IMG/VR virus record: IMGVR_UViG_3300002835_000024
DNA from: a virus
Direction: 5' to 3' (one strand)
Length of the DNA: 64,000 nucleotides
Under the pieces are notes generated by a model. That model had not been told where the DNA came from. It searched no databases and saw nothing but the letters and a program-made list of their open reading frames with translations. Made by a program: the position numbers and the translations under genes. How positions within the stretch are numbered: position 1 is the first letter of the stretch; each line of letters begins with the position of its first letter. Below are positions 25,961-35,746 of this stretch, one piece after another.

Positions 25961-26215
25961 ATGTCAAAAAAAGTAGAAAAGATAAAAATTGAATTGGGTA
26001 TAAATCCCGATGACGTTTTTGCAAACATTGAGCGTATTGTGAACACCTGTAATACCACATATTCTGATGCAATCATACATTATTGCCAACAAAGTAATAA
26101 CGAGATAGAAACTATCGCCGATCTCGTGAAGAGCAATCCTAAACTGAAACACGCTCTTCAATTAGAATATGAGGCACTCAATATGCTCCCCAAAACATCA
26201 AGGTTGCCAATTTGA
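25961..26215 (+). CDS. gp33: Late transcription co-activator gp33
   Basis: F...IE.IV...Y.DAII.YC...EIE...LK..L..E...LN; conserved 33-59-32 synteny. Confidence 0.85.
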   Translation: MSKKVEKIKIELGINPDDVFANIERIVNTCNTTYSDAIIHYCQQSNNEIETIADLVKSNPKLKHALQLEYEALNMLPKTSRLPI

Positions 26216-26790
26216 TTTCACCGTTTGATGCGTATCAAAAGTTCTTATCAATCAAACAACATTTCAACTCTGATTCCTACGATTATCTAAAATATCAAGG
26301 GAAATTGAAACTGGATCTCACAAAGTTTCAAACAAGAAAGGATAGATTCTTTTTTGAGAAACTCGCTAAGAAGAAAGATATTGAAGGTTATATTATTGCC
26401 AATCTGATCAATAGTGATATTTCTTGGATCGGAGATCTTTTCTCTGATAAAGCAGAAAAGAATTACACTGATTGGCTCAAGAGAAAAGAATCTCTCACAT
26501 ACAATTTTAAAAATGAAATAGGGCATTTGCTCGAAGATTTCGACAAAAACTTTATTGTGGAAGATGGACAACATCCATATTTGTTAAAGCTTTTACGACA
26601 GGGCAAAGTTTCTCTAGAAACAGTAATCATCCTGAATGATATAATTGGTTTCATCGGTCATTGGAAAAAGAACATAAAAGATAATGTTGTTTGGCCAATT
26701 TTTTTAAGAAAATGCTTGAAATATAGACCCTTTCTAAGTTATGATAGGGCTAAGTTTAAGAAGATATTGAAGGAAAAATTCGTCAAATAA
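26212..26790 (+). CDS. gp59: Helicase loader gp59
   Basis: K.HF....YDY.KY.GK, F..RKD.FFF.KL, S.ET..IL. Confidence 0.9.
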   Translation: MISPFDAYQKFLSIKQHFNSDSYDYLKYQGKLKLDLTKFQTRKDRFFFEKLAKKKDIEGYIIANLINSDISWIGDLFSDKAEKNYTDWLKRKESLTYNFKNEIGHLLEDFDKNFIVEDGQHPYLLKLLRQGKVSLETVIILNDIIGFIGHWKKNIKDNVVWPIFLRKCLKYRPFLSYDRAKFKKILKEKFVK

Positions 26791-26857
26791 ATATTTCATT
26801 ATAGTACTATAATACCAAAACAAAACAACATACATCGTAATACAAGGATATACAAAA

Positions 26858-27766
26858 ATGAATTTCAACGATCTTAAAAAACAGAAAACGTCAAACTTCG
26901 AGAAGCTCACCAAAGCCGTGAGTTCTCTGAATAAAACCTCCGAAGGAAATGATAAAGATACCACTTTCTGGACACCTACAGTGGACAAAGCTGGTAATGG
27001 TTATGCGATCATTCGGTTTCTTCCTGCGCCCAATGGCGAGGATCTTCCCTTTGTTCGAATCTGGGATCACGGATTCCAAGGTCCAGGCGGATGGTATATT
27101 GAGAAGTCTTTGACGACACTCGGCAAACCCGATCCTGTTTCTGAATACAATTCCAAACTCTGGAACTCTTCCGCAAGCGACGACAGTCCTGAGCGCAAAC
27201 AGGCCCGCAAACAAAAGCGTCGTCTGAGCTACGTCTCCAACATCTACGTTGTCAGCGATCCTGGTAACAAAGAGAACGAGGGTAAAGTTTTCCGCTACAA
27301 GTACGGCAAGAAAATCTTTGAGAAGATCAATGATATGATGCATCCTGTCCATCCGGACGAAGAAGCTATGAATCCTTTTGACTTCTGGGAAGGTGCCAAT
27401 TTCAAACTCAAGATCCGTCAGGTTGATGGATATCGCAACTATGACAAGTCCGAGTTTGAGAAAGCGGCTCCTCTTTCTGATGATGATTCAGAGCTCGAGG
27501 AAATCTGGACTAAACAGCATTCTCTCAATCAGCTGATCGCTGAGAGTGAATTCAAGACCTACGATCAATTGAAAGCTCGTCTTTCTCTTGTTCTGGGAGA
27601 TGTTCCTCGGAACTCGAACCGTGATGAAGACGAAGAAGCTCCTCCACCACAGAAAGCTTCTGCTGCTCCTAAACGAGCAGCTGCTCCCGCTAAGAGGGAA
27701 GTGGTTGATGATGACGATGAGGACACTCTAGAATTCTTTAAGCGAATTGCTGAGGAAGATGAATAG
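26858..27766 (+). CDS. gp32: Single-stranded DNA-binding protein gp32
   Basis: GNGYA.IRFLP, GFQG.GGWYIE, NEGKVF.YKYGKKIF.K, NYD.S.F, acidic tail. Confidence 0.97.
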   Translation: MNFNDLKKQKTSNFEKLTKAVSSLNKTSEGNDKDTTFWTPTVDKAGNGYAIIRFLPAPNGEDLPFVRIWDHGFQGPGGWYIEKSLTTLGKPDPVSEYNSKLWNSSASDDSPERKQARKQKRRLSYVSNIYVVSDPGNKENEGKVFRYKYGKKIFEKINDMMHPVHPDEEAMNPFDFWEGANFKLKIRQVDGYRNYDKSEFEKAAPLSDDDSELEEIWTKQHSLNQLIAESEFKTYDQLKARLSLVLGDVPRNSNRDEDEEAPPPQKASAAPKRAAAPAKREVVDDDDEDTLEFFKRIAEEDE

Positions 27767-27770
27767 ATTA

Positions 27771-27797
27771 AAGAGGGGCTTCGGCCCCTCTTTTTTT
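27771..27797 (+). terminator. Rho-independent terminator (cUUCGg loop), probably bidirectional
   Basis: AAGAGGGGC-TTCG-GCCCCTCTTTTTTT between convergent genes. Confidence 0.9.
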
Positions 27798-29553
27798 ATA
27801 CTGACAAGTATCTATTGCTCTCAAATTGAGAAACCGCTTTGGGTGTGAATTTTGGAGGATCAATTGGCGGAATATAGGCTATTTGTTTTTGCGATTTTTG
27901 GGCAGATCCCATTGTATTGTTAATTACCGTTGGGGCTGAAGCAGGAGCAGGTTTTGGTGCAGCTGCCGCCAAAGCCATTCTTTCTACGTCTGAAATTGGT
28001 TTTGGTGTAGCGAGAACGACATTTGGTGTGCCAGCAGAAACATCCATCATTTTCGAAAATGTTGCCAGATCTGTTAAAGCTTTATTTCCAGAACGATCTC
28101 CTTCATAAAAAGATTTACCTGTTCTTGGATCTGGCAAGGCTGCCCATATTTTAGAAAGATCAATCATTGCAGCTTGTTTTGCTGATTGATCACCGCCTAA
28201 GAATTTTTGTACGTTAGACATCTTAGATATTTGATACTGAAAGAATTTATCCTGCATACCCTCATCAAATTTTTCTTTGCCAGTTATCATTCCCATTTTT
28301 TTCATCTCGTCAGAAAGCATCTTAAGGGTGCTTGGAATAAATTGGAATTTTCCAACAGCATCCCATCCGGATGTTTTTTGATTTTGCATAACCTGATCAA
28401 TAGACAATTTCGAAACTTCAACCCCATATACAGCCCTTCCACCCTTTCGGAAAACGTCTGGGTTATTTCCAGATTCTATTCTTCCAATTAAATCTTTCAA
28501 AGAAGAAGCGTCTTTTGAAGATTGGATAATTCCAATATTAGAAGAAAGTCCCGCTCCTGATGAGCCAAGTCTTTTCTTCATCTCATCTGCAGCGTCTTTT
28601 CCTATCTTTTTTCCATCTGTTTCTTCATTAAATTTTCCCGCCATGGCATCACCCAAAGCTTCTCCAGCGTCTTCTAGAAGAAACGAGCCAGCAATACCAC
28701 CTATTAATCCTCCAAAAAATGCTCCTACTGGTCCACCAACTAGACCTAATTGCGCGCCAGCAGCTGCTCCAGCCATGCCGCCGCCAACGTTTCCTGCAAG
28801 ACCTCCCCAGAAACCCTCATCACTTTTTGCTTTATAAAGACCATCGCCCAAAACATCTGAACCAGCAACAGCACCAATTCCAGCACTCACTATTTTTCTT
28901 TTACCACCAAGTGCGTATCCTATCGCACCGCCAATTCCAGCACCAGCCACATTTGGTGTATTGTTACCACCTGAAGATTTTAATAAATCTCCTCCTGGTT
29001 TTAAGAAATCTAAGATTGGCCCAAGATTAGAAACTATCGCAAGCCCAATCGATTGAGCTAACATTTCTCCAATACCGAAACCAGCTTTCTCGGCGTTGTC
29101 GGCCATAGCTTCAATTTTTCCGCCAAGACCAGCTATTTTTTGGTTGTCTCCACCCTCTGCCGCCTTTTCTCTGGCCGCTAAATTCATTGCCTGAGAAACA
29201 TATAAGCTTCTTTTTAGCGTTTCGTCGATTGAAGAAAGCAATGAAATAGTTTGATCGCAGCAGCAACAATTGTCTTTAATTGATGTTGGCCCAGTAACTC
29301 TTGTATTGGTGGAAGTGGGTGCAAAAATAGAGCTAATTCTTGGATAGGATGTTTGTTGTTGCTGTGGAGATGCAGTTTGTCTAGATGATCCAGATCCTCC
29401 AAGCTTTCCGCCCAAGAGACCTGATCCCAAACCTGCCAATAATCCACCGCCAACCGCAAGAGTTCCCTTTCCAATTGTTCTTGCAGCTCCACCTACAGCC
29501 TTTCCAGCTGTTGAAAAACCTCTACCTAATAAAGAGCCTAAAGCTATAGCCAT
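27796..29553 (-). CDS. Baseplate hub/tape-measure-like protein (gp29-like) with lysozyme-like domain
   Basis: Gly-zipper hydrophobic segments; muramidase-like IESG...AVGKFQF...TL...QD...WAALP; follows gp26/gp51. Confidence 0.7.
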   Translation of the reverse strand: MAIALGSLLGRGFSTAGKAVGGAARTIGKGTLAVGGGLLAGLGSGLLGGKLGGSGSSRQTASPQQQQTSYPRISSIFAPTSTNTRVTGPTSIKDNCCCCDQTISLLSSIDETLKRSLYVSQAMNLAAREKAAEGGDNQKIAGLGGKIEAMADNAEKAGFGIGEMLAQSIGLAIVSNLGPILDFLKPGGDLLKSSGGNNTPNVAGAGIGGAIGYALGGKRKIVSAGIGAVAGSDVLGDGLYKAKSDEGFWGGLAGNVGGGMAGAAAGAQLGLVGGPVGAFFGGLIGGIAGSFLLEDAGEALGDAMAGKFNEETDGKKIGKDAADEMKKRLGSSGAGLSSNIGIIQSSKDASSLKDLIGRIESGNNPDVFRKGGRAVYGVEVSKLSIDQVMQNQKTSGWDAVGKFQFIPSTLKMLSDEMKKMGMITGKEKFDEGMQDKFFQYQISKMSNVQKFLGGDQSAKQAAMIDLSKIWAALPDPRTGKSFYEGDRSGNKALTDLATFSKMMDVSAGTPNVVLATPKPISDVERMALAAAAPKPAPASAPTVINNTMGSAQKSQKQIAYIPPIDPPKFTPKAVSQFESNRYLSV

Positions 29554-29738
29554 CAGCTATTTCCTTGCTGTTGATCAACCTTTTTCAAATACTCCAACAA
29601 CATATCAACATAAATATCTCTTTCAAATGGAATCATACCTTCTATTTCTGTTAAAGAGTATTTATGATGCTGGACTAAAGCGAAATTGGTTTTGTAGTAA
29701 TTTAGCAAATCGCCATAGCCTAAAGCAACGTAAAAAAA
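29553..29738 (-). CDS. gp51: gp51-like baseplate hub assembly protein (no AUG start; candidate frameshift product)
   Basis: YYKTNFALVQHHKYSLTEIEGMIPFERDIYV.ML..YL lies in the -1 frame of gp26. Confidence 0.75.
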   Translation of the reverse strand, partial: FFYVALGYGDLLNYYKTNFALVQHHKYSLTEIEGMIPFERDIYVDMLLEYLKKVDQQQGNS

Positions 29739-30436
29739 TCTTCTAACGTGGACAACACAAATTTCTTTTCGTTCCCCAAAGAGTTTTTATATTTTATAAT
29801 ATACTCCATCTTGGGAGCAGAATCGAAAAACGTTTTAATCTTTTCAAAGTTTTTAGGAGAGAATCCTTCAATAAAATCGCTTATTTCTTCTTCAGAATAA
29901 GATTTAGGATCATATACCTCTTCTTCATCGTAGATTGACTTGATGCACTGTTTTAAATAAAAAATCAAAAGGTCGTACTCATTATTGATGTTTTCTTGAA
30001 AGTTCTCAATAATCTTAAAAGTTGGGTATTCTAAGATAATCCCAACCTTTTCTGATATCTTGATATCATTAACAGGTTTTTTCTTTGGTTTGATAATCTT
30101 GACTTCTGAAACATCAATTTGGAATTTATAAGGTTTTTCATCTTCATCATCAATCAGTTGAAAATCAATAATGTTGTTTACTGATACGCCTCTTAGTTGA
30201 AGAAATACGTATTCTGCATCTGATATGCTCATCTCATCAACATTAAAAGTGTCATCAACACAACAATTGTTGATTACCTGTCTGATCGCCTTTGCAATTT
30301 CCTTTCGGCTTTTAGATTGTTGTGCCGTGAATAGAATTTTTTCTTCTTTAACCAGAAATGGTCTGAAGTTTACCTTTTTCCCAGAAGAAGGTATTTCAAA
30401 ATCAAATATGGGTTGCGATATTTTTGGTAGTGACAT
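29720..30436 (-). CDS. gp26: Baseplate hub assembly protein gp26
   Basis: MSLPKI..P, PSSGK...FRPFLVKEEKIL, D.EY.FL.LR..SV, C-terminal L.DFF. Confidence 0.9.
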   Translation of the reverse strand: MSLPKISQPIFDFEIPSSGKKVNFRPFLVKEEKILFTAQQSKSRKEIAKAIRQVINNCCVDDTFNVDEMSISDAEYVFLQLRGVSVNNIIDFQLIDDEDEKPYKFQIDVSEVKIIKPKKKPVNDIKISEKVGIILEYPTFKIIENFQENINNEYDLLIFYLKQCIKSIYDEEEVYDPKSYSEEEISDFIEGFSPKNFEKIKTFFDSAPKMEYIIKYKNSLGNEKKFVLSTLEDFFTLL

Positions 30437-30457
30437 AATGACAATCCTTTTATATGG

Positions 30458-31237
30458 TTACACTTCATTTCTATTTAAAATTACATCCGGATTAAATCTT
30501 GAAACTGGATCCAAGTTTAATATACTTTTTGCTTCTCTGGATTCAACACTTTCGGTTTGTGATCCTTTATCATAAAACTCTTTGGTAGAATGAACAAATT
30601 GCATAGATATTGATAATCTAATAAGATCATTTTGGGCTGGCCAACTGACGTCATATTCTGAAATTGTCAGGGGGAAACATTCAAAGGCTTTAGTTTCGAA
30701 AACCAACTCATTAGATTCGTTATAAACAAATATCGACAGAACTGGACAAATATATTCGCTTTTGTAGTTAACCAGATATGCGTTTTTCTGAGGCTGTTCA
30801 TATATGGGTTTGTCTATGTTATGGTCGACCATTAAATTCGCCCAATCATTAAAAAATTTAATGATTTTTGCGGAACGATCTACAAGAAAAACCATCCTCA
30901 TTGGGTTGAATGATGGTAGATATGGTTTCTTCTCTATTTGTCCATATCCATATCTTTTCAAATCTTGGGTGAAAAAGTTTTGGCCAGGAACTGTAACTGT
31001 CTCACATCTCAGAGTCATGAAATGTGTATTGTTTTGATAGAGCGAAGCAAACTCCCCTTCTCTGAACGCTTTCGGTAGAGAAATAACACAGATAAACTTA
31101 TTGTTTTGCAAAACTCCATTTTTATTAATTTCGGATCTAAACTCAGATATGTCGAATCTTCTTTTAGACTGCACAACAACTCTATCCCCCGTATCAACGG
31201 CTGGAGTTTGTTGTTCTGGTTGTGTATCTTCTGACAT
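30458..31237 (-). CDS. Tail tube initiator / gp54-like protein
   Basis: N.F...I, C.....PG, F..D, FF..W, ..FP..I tube-fold pattern; synteny. Confidence 0.65.
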   Translation of the reverse strand: MSEDTQPEQQTPAVDTGDRVVVQSKRRFDISEFRSEINKNGVLQNNKFICVISLPKAFREGEFASLYQNNTHFMTLRCETVTVPGQNFFTQDLKRYGYGQIEKKPYLPSFNPMRMVFLVDRSAKIIKFFNDWANLMVDHNIDKPIYEQPQKNAYLVNYKSEYICPVLSIFVYNESNELVFETKAFECFPLTISEYDVSWPAQNDLIRLSISMQFVHSTKEFYDKGSQTESVESREAKSILNLDPVSRFNPDVILNRNEV

Positions 31238-31840
31238 TTATTTCTGTGTCCTTAATTTTCTGCGACTGTCAGCCCAAACATTTTGTTTGCTGCTCTTGAC
31301 GAATCTCTCTAGTGGTAAGAACAATGCGATATCCCACTCCTCTGGTTTGACGTACATGAATTTAGACTTTACGTGGCCGTTCAAGTATCTCTTCACACAT
31401 GGTTTAAAAAATCTTAATTTTGCGGCTCTTTGTAATAAAGAATAATTCATTTTTAATTTAGTGGTTTCGTCATATTTGCTATTATTTGCATATTCATATA
31501 AACCGTCCATTAATTTGGCTCTGAGCTCATAGGGAAGATAATGCAAATTGATACCATAAAACCCATCGACGGTTTTCTTAAAAGGAAAGATCATAGGAAA
31601 GACATCATAATATGGCAATTTCTCAGCTGTTTTGGGATCGTAGAAAAACATATACATGCTTCCTATAATAGGAGTAGAAACCAATCTGTTTCTATCTGCT
31701 TTGAAGAAACTCAGCTCGTTTATGTTTCGAATTTTCTTGGCTGTTTCCCTGTACCAAGCTCGAGCTTGCTGTGTTCTGGCAGGAAATTGGCCAGAAGTAA
31801 GTCCTCTTCTGATAATTTCCTCAAAAATAGTTGTTGCCAT
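31238..31840 (-). CDS. gp2: DNA end protector gp2
   Basis: G.MY.F.YDPK....LPYYD.FP, G.NLHYLP, KRYL..HV.S, VW.DS. Confidence 0.95.
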   Translation of the reverse strand: MATTIFEEIIRRGLTSGQFPARTQQARAWYRETAKKIRNINELSFFKADRNRLVSTPIIGSMYMFFYDPKTAEKLPYYDVFPMIFPFKKTVDGFYGINLHYLPYELRAKLMDGLYEYANNSKYDETTKLKMNYSLLQRAAKLRFFKPCVKRYLNGHVKSKFMYVKPEEWDIALFLPLERFVKSSKQNVWADSRRKLRTQK

Positions 31841-31855
31841 ACTGCTCCTCGCGCA

Positions 31856-32311
31856 TTAGAACTTTATATTTAGTTGTTTCTCTCCAATCACCAAAAACTT
31901 CCAGCCTTTTATCTCACAGTATTTTTTGGCAGCTTTCCACTTAGCTTCGTTTATCCCCCAAGTGAAAACCTCTTTGATATAAGCTCTTGTTGCAGTTTTG
32001 CCTTCTTTTAGTGGAGGTGGAGGTTTTTGTTGACTTTCGGGTTTAATCTCGATAAGATAGGTTTCTACAATATCTTTCTTTTTGACTTTTATCAAAAAAT
32101 CGACGAAATATCTGTGTATGCGATTGTCTTTTGGTGATGTATAAGGTATGATAGTTTCTTCTGAAGACCACTCTATGATATTGGGCGTCGAATCACAGTA
32201 CATCATGAATTTCAATTCATAACTTGAACGATAAATAATATCGCTGACGTTTCCTCTGTATTTTTGTGGATTATTGGGCCTAAATCTGCCCTTCATTGTT
32301 CTCATGTACAA
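31856..32311 (-). CDS. gp4: Head completion nuclease gp4
   Basis: NP.KY.G....I.YRSS.E, W.SEE..IPY, HRYFVDF, EIKP, N.AKW.AA. Confidence 0.95.
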   Translation of the reverse strand: MYMRTMKGRFRPNNPQKYRGNVSDIIYRSSYELKFMMYCDSTPNIIEWSSEETIIPYTSPKDNRIHRYFVDFLIKVKKKDIVETYLIEIKPESQQKPPPPLKEGKTATRAYIKEVFTWGINEAKWKAAKKYCEIKGWKFLVIGEKQLNIKF

Positions 32312-32333
32312 CTCTCGGTATCTGTTTCAGATT

Positions 32334-32352
32334 TATTTATTTGATATAAATA
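32334..32352. promoter_or_regulatory. Divergent late promoters
   Basis: TATAAATA (+, 32345-32352) and AATAAATA (-, 32334-32341) between gp4 and gp48. Confidence 0.7.
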
Positions 32353-32382
32353 CAATTAATAATAAACGGACAGGGAACTCGC

Positions 32383-33573
32383 ATGGCGCTACTGGTCAAT
32401 CTATCTAACCCCCTATCAAAAATATCAGGAAACAACCTACCTTCTTTTGTTGAGCGTCTTGTTTCCTCTGGAATCGCGCAAATTAATTCCGAGCCACCTG
32501 TTCAAGAAAAAAATATCGCAACTTCTCAGGAAATTGATGATCTTAGAGGACTTCAGTATTATACTTATTCTGCAGAAATTGACAGGGCTTTAGACGTTGA
32601 AGGCGCAAAAGATACAGAAACTGGATACGAAAATCTTGCGTATCCATCAGATCTTAATAAATTTTACATGAGAATGGACTTTAAAAAATATCAAAGACCT
32701 TCTCCAACTCTTCCAGCGACCATAAACACATTACACTCAGTTTGTTTTCCTATTCCAACAGACCTGAGCGACAATTATAGAATAGATTATAGCGACTTTG
32801 ATGCAGAAATCGCTGGCGCTATTATGAACTCTTTACAAAACACTAACCAGGGAATTACAGCATCAGCTGCAATCCAACCGCTTTTAAGATTTATCAGCGG
32901 AAGCACAATTGGTAGAAATTTCGTAAACATAGGCGCACAGACTTTGGCTGCAGCCTTGAATCCCAATAAATCAATTATTTTCAATTCTCCGCAATTTAAA
33001 AATTATTCATTTTCTTGGACATTCGCGCCTAACAACGCAGAAGAATCTGAGACATTGAGAAAAATTATCAAAAAAATTAAAGCTTCTTCTTTGCCAACAT
33101 ACTCTGTATCAACTAACGCAAATGGCGATCTGGCAAAAGATTATAACGTTTTTAATTACCCAAATATGGTTAAAGTTTCTCTGTATCCTTGGGCTTCGCA
33201 AGAAGAAACAACCAGAGATATGTTTCAGACAAAACATTGTGTTATAGATTCTATAAGCGTAAATTATTCTCCTGAAAATAACATTTCTTTTTTCAATGGC
33301 GAAAAAAATGCTCCGACATTCATAGCTTTGACACTAAATCTGATAGAAATTGAACTGTTTACTGGCGAAGATTTCGGAAGAGAAGGAGAAAAAGTCGATC
33401 TCAACAGAATTATTGATATTACAAAAATGGGTCAAGATAATCAAATTCAGATTTCTGAAGAAAATATTGATCCTTTTGTCCCCGCCAATACCGCCAACAC
33501 TGCTAACACCTCCAGCGTAGTTTCTTCTAACGCAACGGCGCCAATTATACCGTTTGATATGAATTCAATTTAA
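32383..33573 (+). CDS. gp48: Baseplate tail-tube cap gp48-like
   Basis: YP.D, NP.....F..P.F..YSFSW.FAP.N..ES, C.I..I.VNY.P, L.L.EIE. Confidence 0.75.
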   Translation: MALLVNLSNPLSKISGNNLPSFVERLVSSGIAQINSEPPVQEKNIATSQEIDDLRGLQYYTYSAEIDRALDVEGAKDTETGYENLAYPSDLNKFYMRMDFKKYQRPSPTLPATINTLHSVCFPIPTDLSDNYRIDYSDFDAEIAGAIMNSLQNTNQGITASAAIQPLLRFISGSTIGRNFVNIGAQTLAAALNPNKSIIFNSPQFKNYSFSWTFAPNNAEESETLRKIIKKIKASSLPTYSVSTNANGDLAKDYNVFNYPNMVKVSLYPWASQEETTRDMFQTKHCVIDSISVNYSPENNISFFNGEKNAPTFIALTLNLIEIELFTGEDFGREGEKVDLNRIIDITKMGQDNQIQISEENIDPFVPANTANTANTSSVVSSNATAPIIPFDMNSI

Positions 33574-33593
33574 CAAAAACTAAAGGAACAGTA

Positions 33594-34475
33594 ATGCCTA
33601 GTCAGTTTTTTGATAAATTTCCCATAATAGAATACTCTAACAATGTTGTTAGAAACATATTCGCAAAAGTCGTTTTGGACGACGCGAGCAAACAGCAACC
33701 AGAAAACTTTATACAGATAAGACTAAATGATGATGTTTCTTTAAGGGCGGATGTAATCGCGGATAGATATTACGGCTCACCGTATTTTGACTGGATACAT
33801 TATATGTCAAATGACGTTGTTGATCCTTATGGCGACGTTTTTTTAGACAGCGAATCTTTTCTCGGTATGATTGTCAAAAAATATGGAAATATCGAACTGG
33901 CCAAACAAAAAACAGTTTTTTATATAAACAACTGGAGCGATAAGCCAGAAGATAAACTTTCAGTTTCTCAATATGAAAACGCTTCTAAAAATATAAAAAA
34001 ATACTATACCGCAGATATTGATTACGCGAACAGAATTATTGGCTATGTTCGCCACAGAAAAGATTGGACCAAGGTAACAAATAAAATAAGAATATTACAA
34101 ATTGACAAAACAACTTCTATGATACCTGGCGATTTAATAGCGCAATTTGTAAGCGGTCAACAAGTAGCATCAGCTGAAGTGATTGACGTAAACACAGTTG
34201 ATAATAAAATAACAATTAAGAATATCACAGGAGAGTTTGTCACAACTGTCGGAAATATAGTTTATAGATTTGACGACAACACACAGTACTCCGTTTCTTC
34301 TATCATCTCGCCCCATACTGAAGACAACATTACAACGGAGGAAGCTTCATACTGGAGTCCTGTTTCTTATTTTGATCGAGAAACTGAGATAAATGAGTTA
34401 AAGAGAAACGTTAAACTGTTACGTAAAGAAGGCGTCTCCCTGATAAGTAAAAATCTACAAAAGCTATTGGAGTAA
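33594..34475 (+). CDS. gp53: Baseplate wedge gp53
   Basis: FF..FP.I.Y, R.D.IA..YYGSP..DWI...N...DP, E...NE.KR..KL. Confidence 0.85.
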   Translation: MPSQFFDKFPIIEYSNNVVRNIFAKVVLDDASKQQPENFIQIRLNDDVSLRADVIADRYYGSPYFDWIHYMSNDVVDPYGDVFLDSESFLGMIVKKYGNIELAKQKTVFYINNWSDKPEDKLSVSQYENASKNIKKYYTADIDYANRIIGYVRHRKDWTKVTNKIRILQIDKTTSMIPGDLIAQFVSGQQVASAEVIDVNTVDNKITIKNITGEFVTTVGNIVYRFDDNTQYSVSSIISPHTEDNITTEEASYWSPVSYFDRETEINELKRNVKLLRKEGVSLISKNLQKLLE

Positions 34476-34477
34476 AT

Positions 34478-35746
34478 ATGTTTCAAAGCGTTAACGCTTT
34501 ACCAAAAGGTTCGGTTCTAATTGAATTTTTTGAACTAAGAAAACTGAATGGCACTGTTTTAGATCTCATCCCCTTTGTCACAGAATTTAATATATACGAA
34601 TCAGTTTTTGAACCTTTTATAACTGCTACGGCCTCTCTAGATGATTCTAGAGGCATCGTTGATTTTGACACCATAAATGGCTCGACTGTTGCCATAAAAT
34701 ATGCAAGCGATGTGAATTTAGATTTTGTAACAATGACATTCATCGTAGACAGCGTTAACGTAATATTACCAGATTCTTCTAATAAGTCACAAACATATTT
34801 CTTGAATTTAATTTCTCCAGAGTCGCTGAGGGCTTTTGCAATAAGAGTGGGAGAGATATACACAAACTTGGCTCCAGAAAATATGATTGGCGATATTTTA
34901 AAAAATAAAATTAAAAGCAACAAAAAATTCTTTTTCTCAAAAACCAACTCAATTGACACGATGAATTGCTCAAGTCTCTATCCCTTTCAGGCCATAGACG
35001 CTATAAAGAAGAGAGCGGTGTCGAGAAGTTATCTCTCAAGTTCGTATATGTTTTATGAAAATCAATTTGGATACCACTTCAAAACTTTAGAAGAGATTCT
35101 TTCCGAAGCTTCCACTGATTCCAGGATAGCGGAAGGAGATTTGGTGTTTTATTATGACGTGGCTGAACCAAAGGATATTAAGAATAGTTCTTGGAGAAAA
35201 ATTGAAATTCTACAAAAAATCAAACAACAGTCACTGACTGAAAATATTGTTTACGGTGGCACAAAGTCAAAGATATTTGCTTATAATATCAGCACAGGAG
35301 AACACTTTCAGTTCGAATATAATGAGGAGCAGGATTTCGAGAAATTTAAATCTTTTTCTCCTAAGAGGAAACTATACACAAGAGTCTCTCCTCGTGACAT
35401 TTATAAACAGGGGGATAAATTAAATAACCTGATGGTAGCTGCTGTGACAGAAGAAAAAGAATTATTGAGGATACAAAAAGAAATATTATCTAGAGCTTAT
35501 GTCAATAAACTGTTCTCTAACGTTCTCAGGATGGAGATAAGCGGCGACAGTAGACTAAGTGCTGGTTCTGCAGCTATGTTAAATATACCAGTTATCAACG
35601 CTGGCACAAGCACAGAGACCAATGAATTGGCCAGTGGAATTTACCTATTTGCTAAAATTCGTCATATGTTCAGACCTTCTGAGGCAGGAACAGGAATAGG
35701 TTACAGACAATATTGTGAGATGATGAATACGGGAGCAAATTCATGA
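34478..35746 (+). CDS. Baseplate hub protein (gp27/gpD-like)
   Basis: IYES.F, YMFYEN..GY.F.TLE, I.GD..L.AG, SG.YL...IRH; lies between gp53 and gp5. Confidence 0.7.
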   Translation: MFQSVNALPKGSVLIEFFELRKLNGTVLDLIPFVTEFNIYESVFEPFITATASLDDSRGIVDFDTINGSTVAIKYASDVNLDFVTMTFIVDSVNVILPDSSNKSQTYFLNLISPESLRAFAIRVGEIYTNLAPENMIGDILKNKIKSNKKFFFSKTNSIDTMNCSSLYPFQAIDAIKKRAVSRSYLSSSYMFYENQFGYHFKTLEEILSEASTDSRIAEGDLVFYYDVAEPKDIKNSSWRKIEILQKIKQQSLTENIVYGGTKSKIFAYNISTGEHFQFEYNEEQDFEKFKSFSPKRKLYTRVSPRDIYKQGDKLNNLMVAAVTEEKELLRIQKEILSRAYVNKLFSNVLRMEISGDSRLSAGSAAMLNIPVINAGTSTETNELASGIYLFAKIRHMFRPSEAGTGIGYRQYCEMMNTGANS

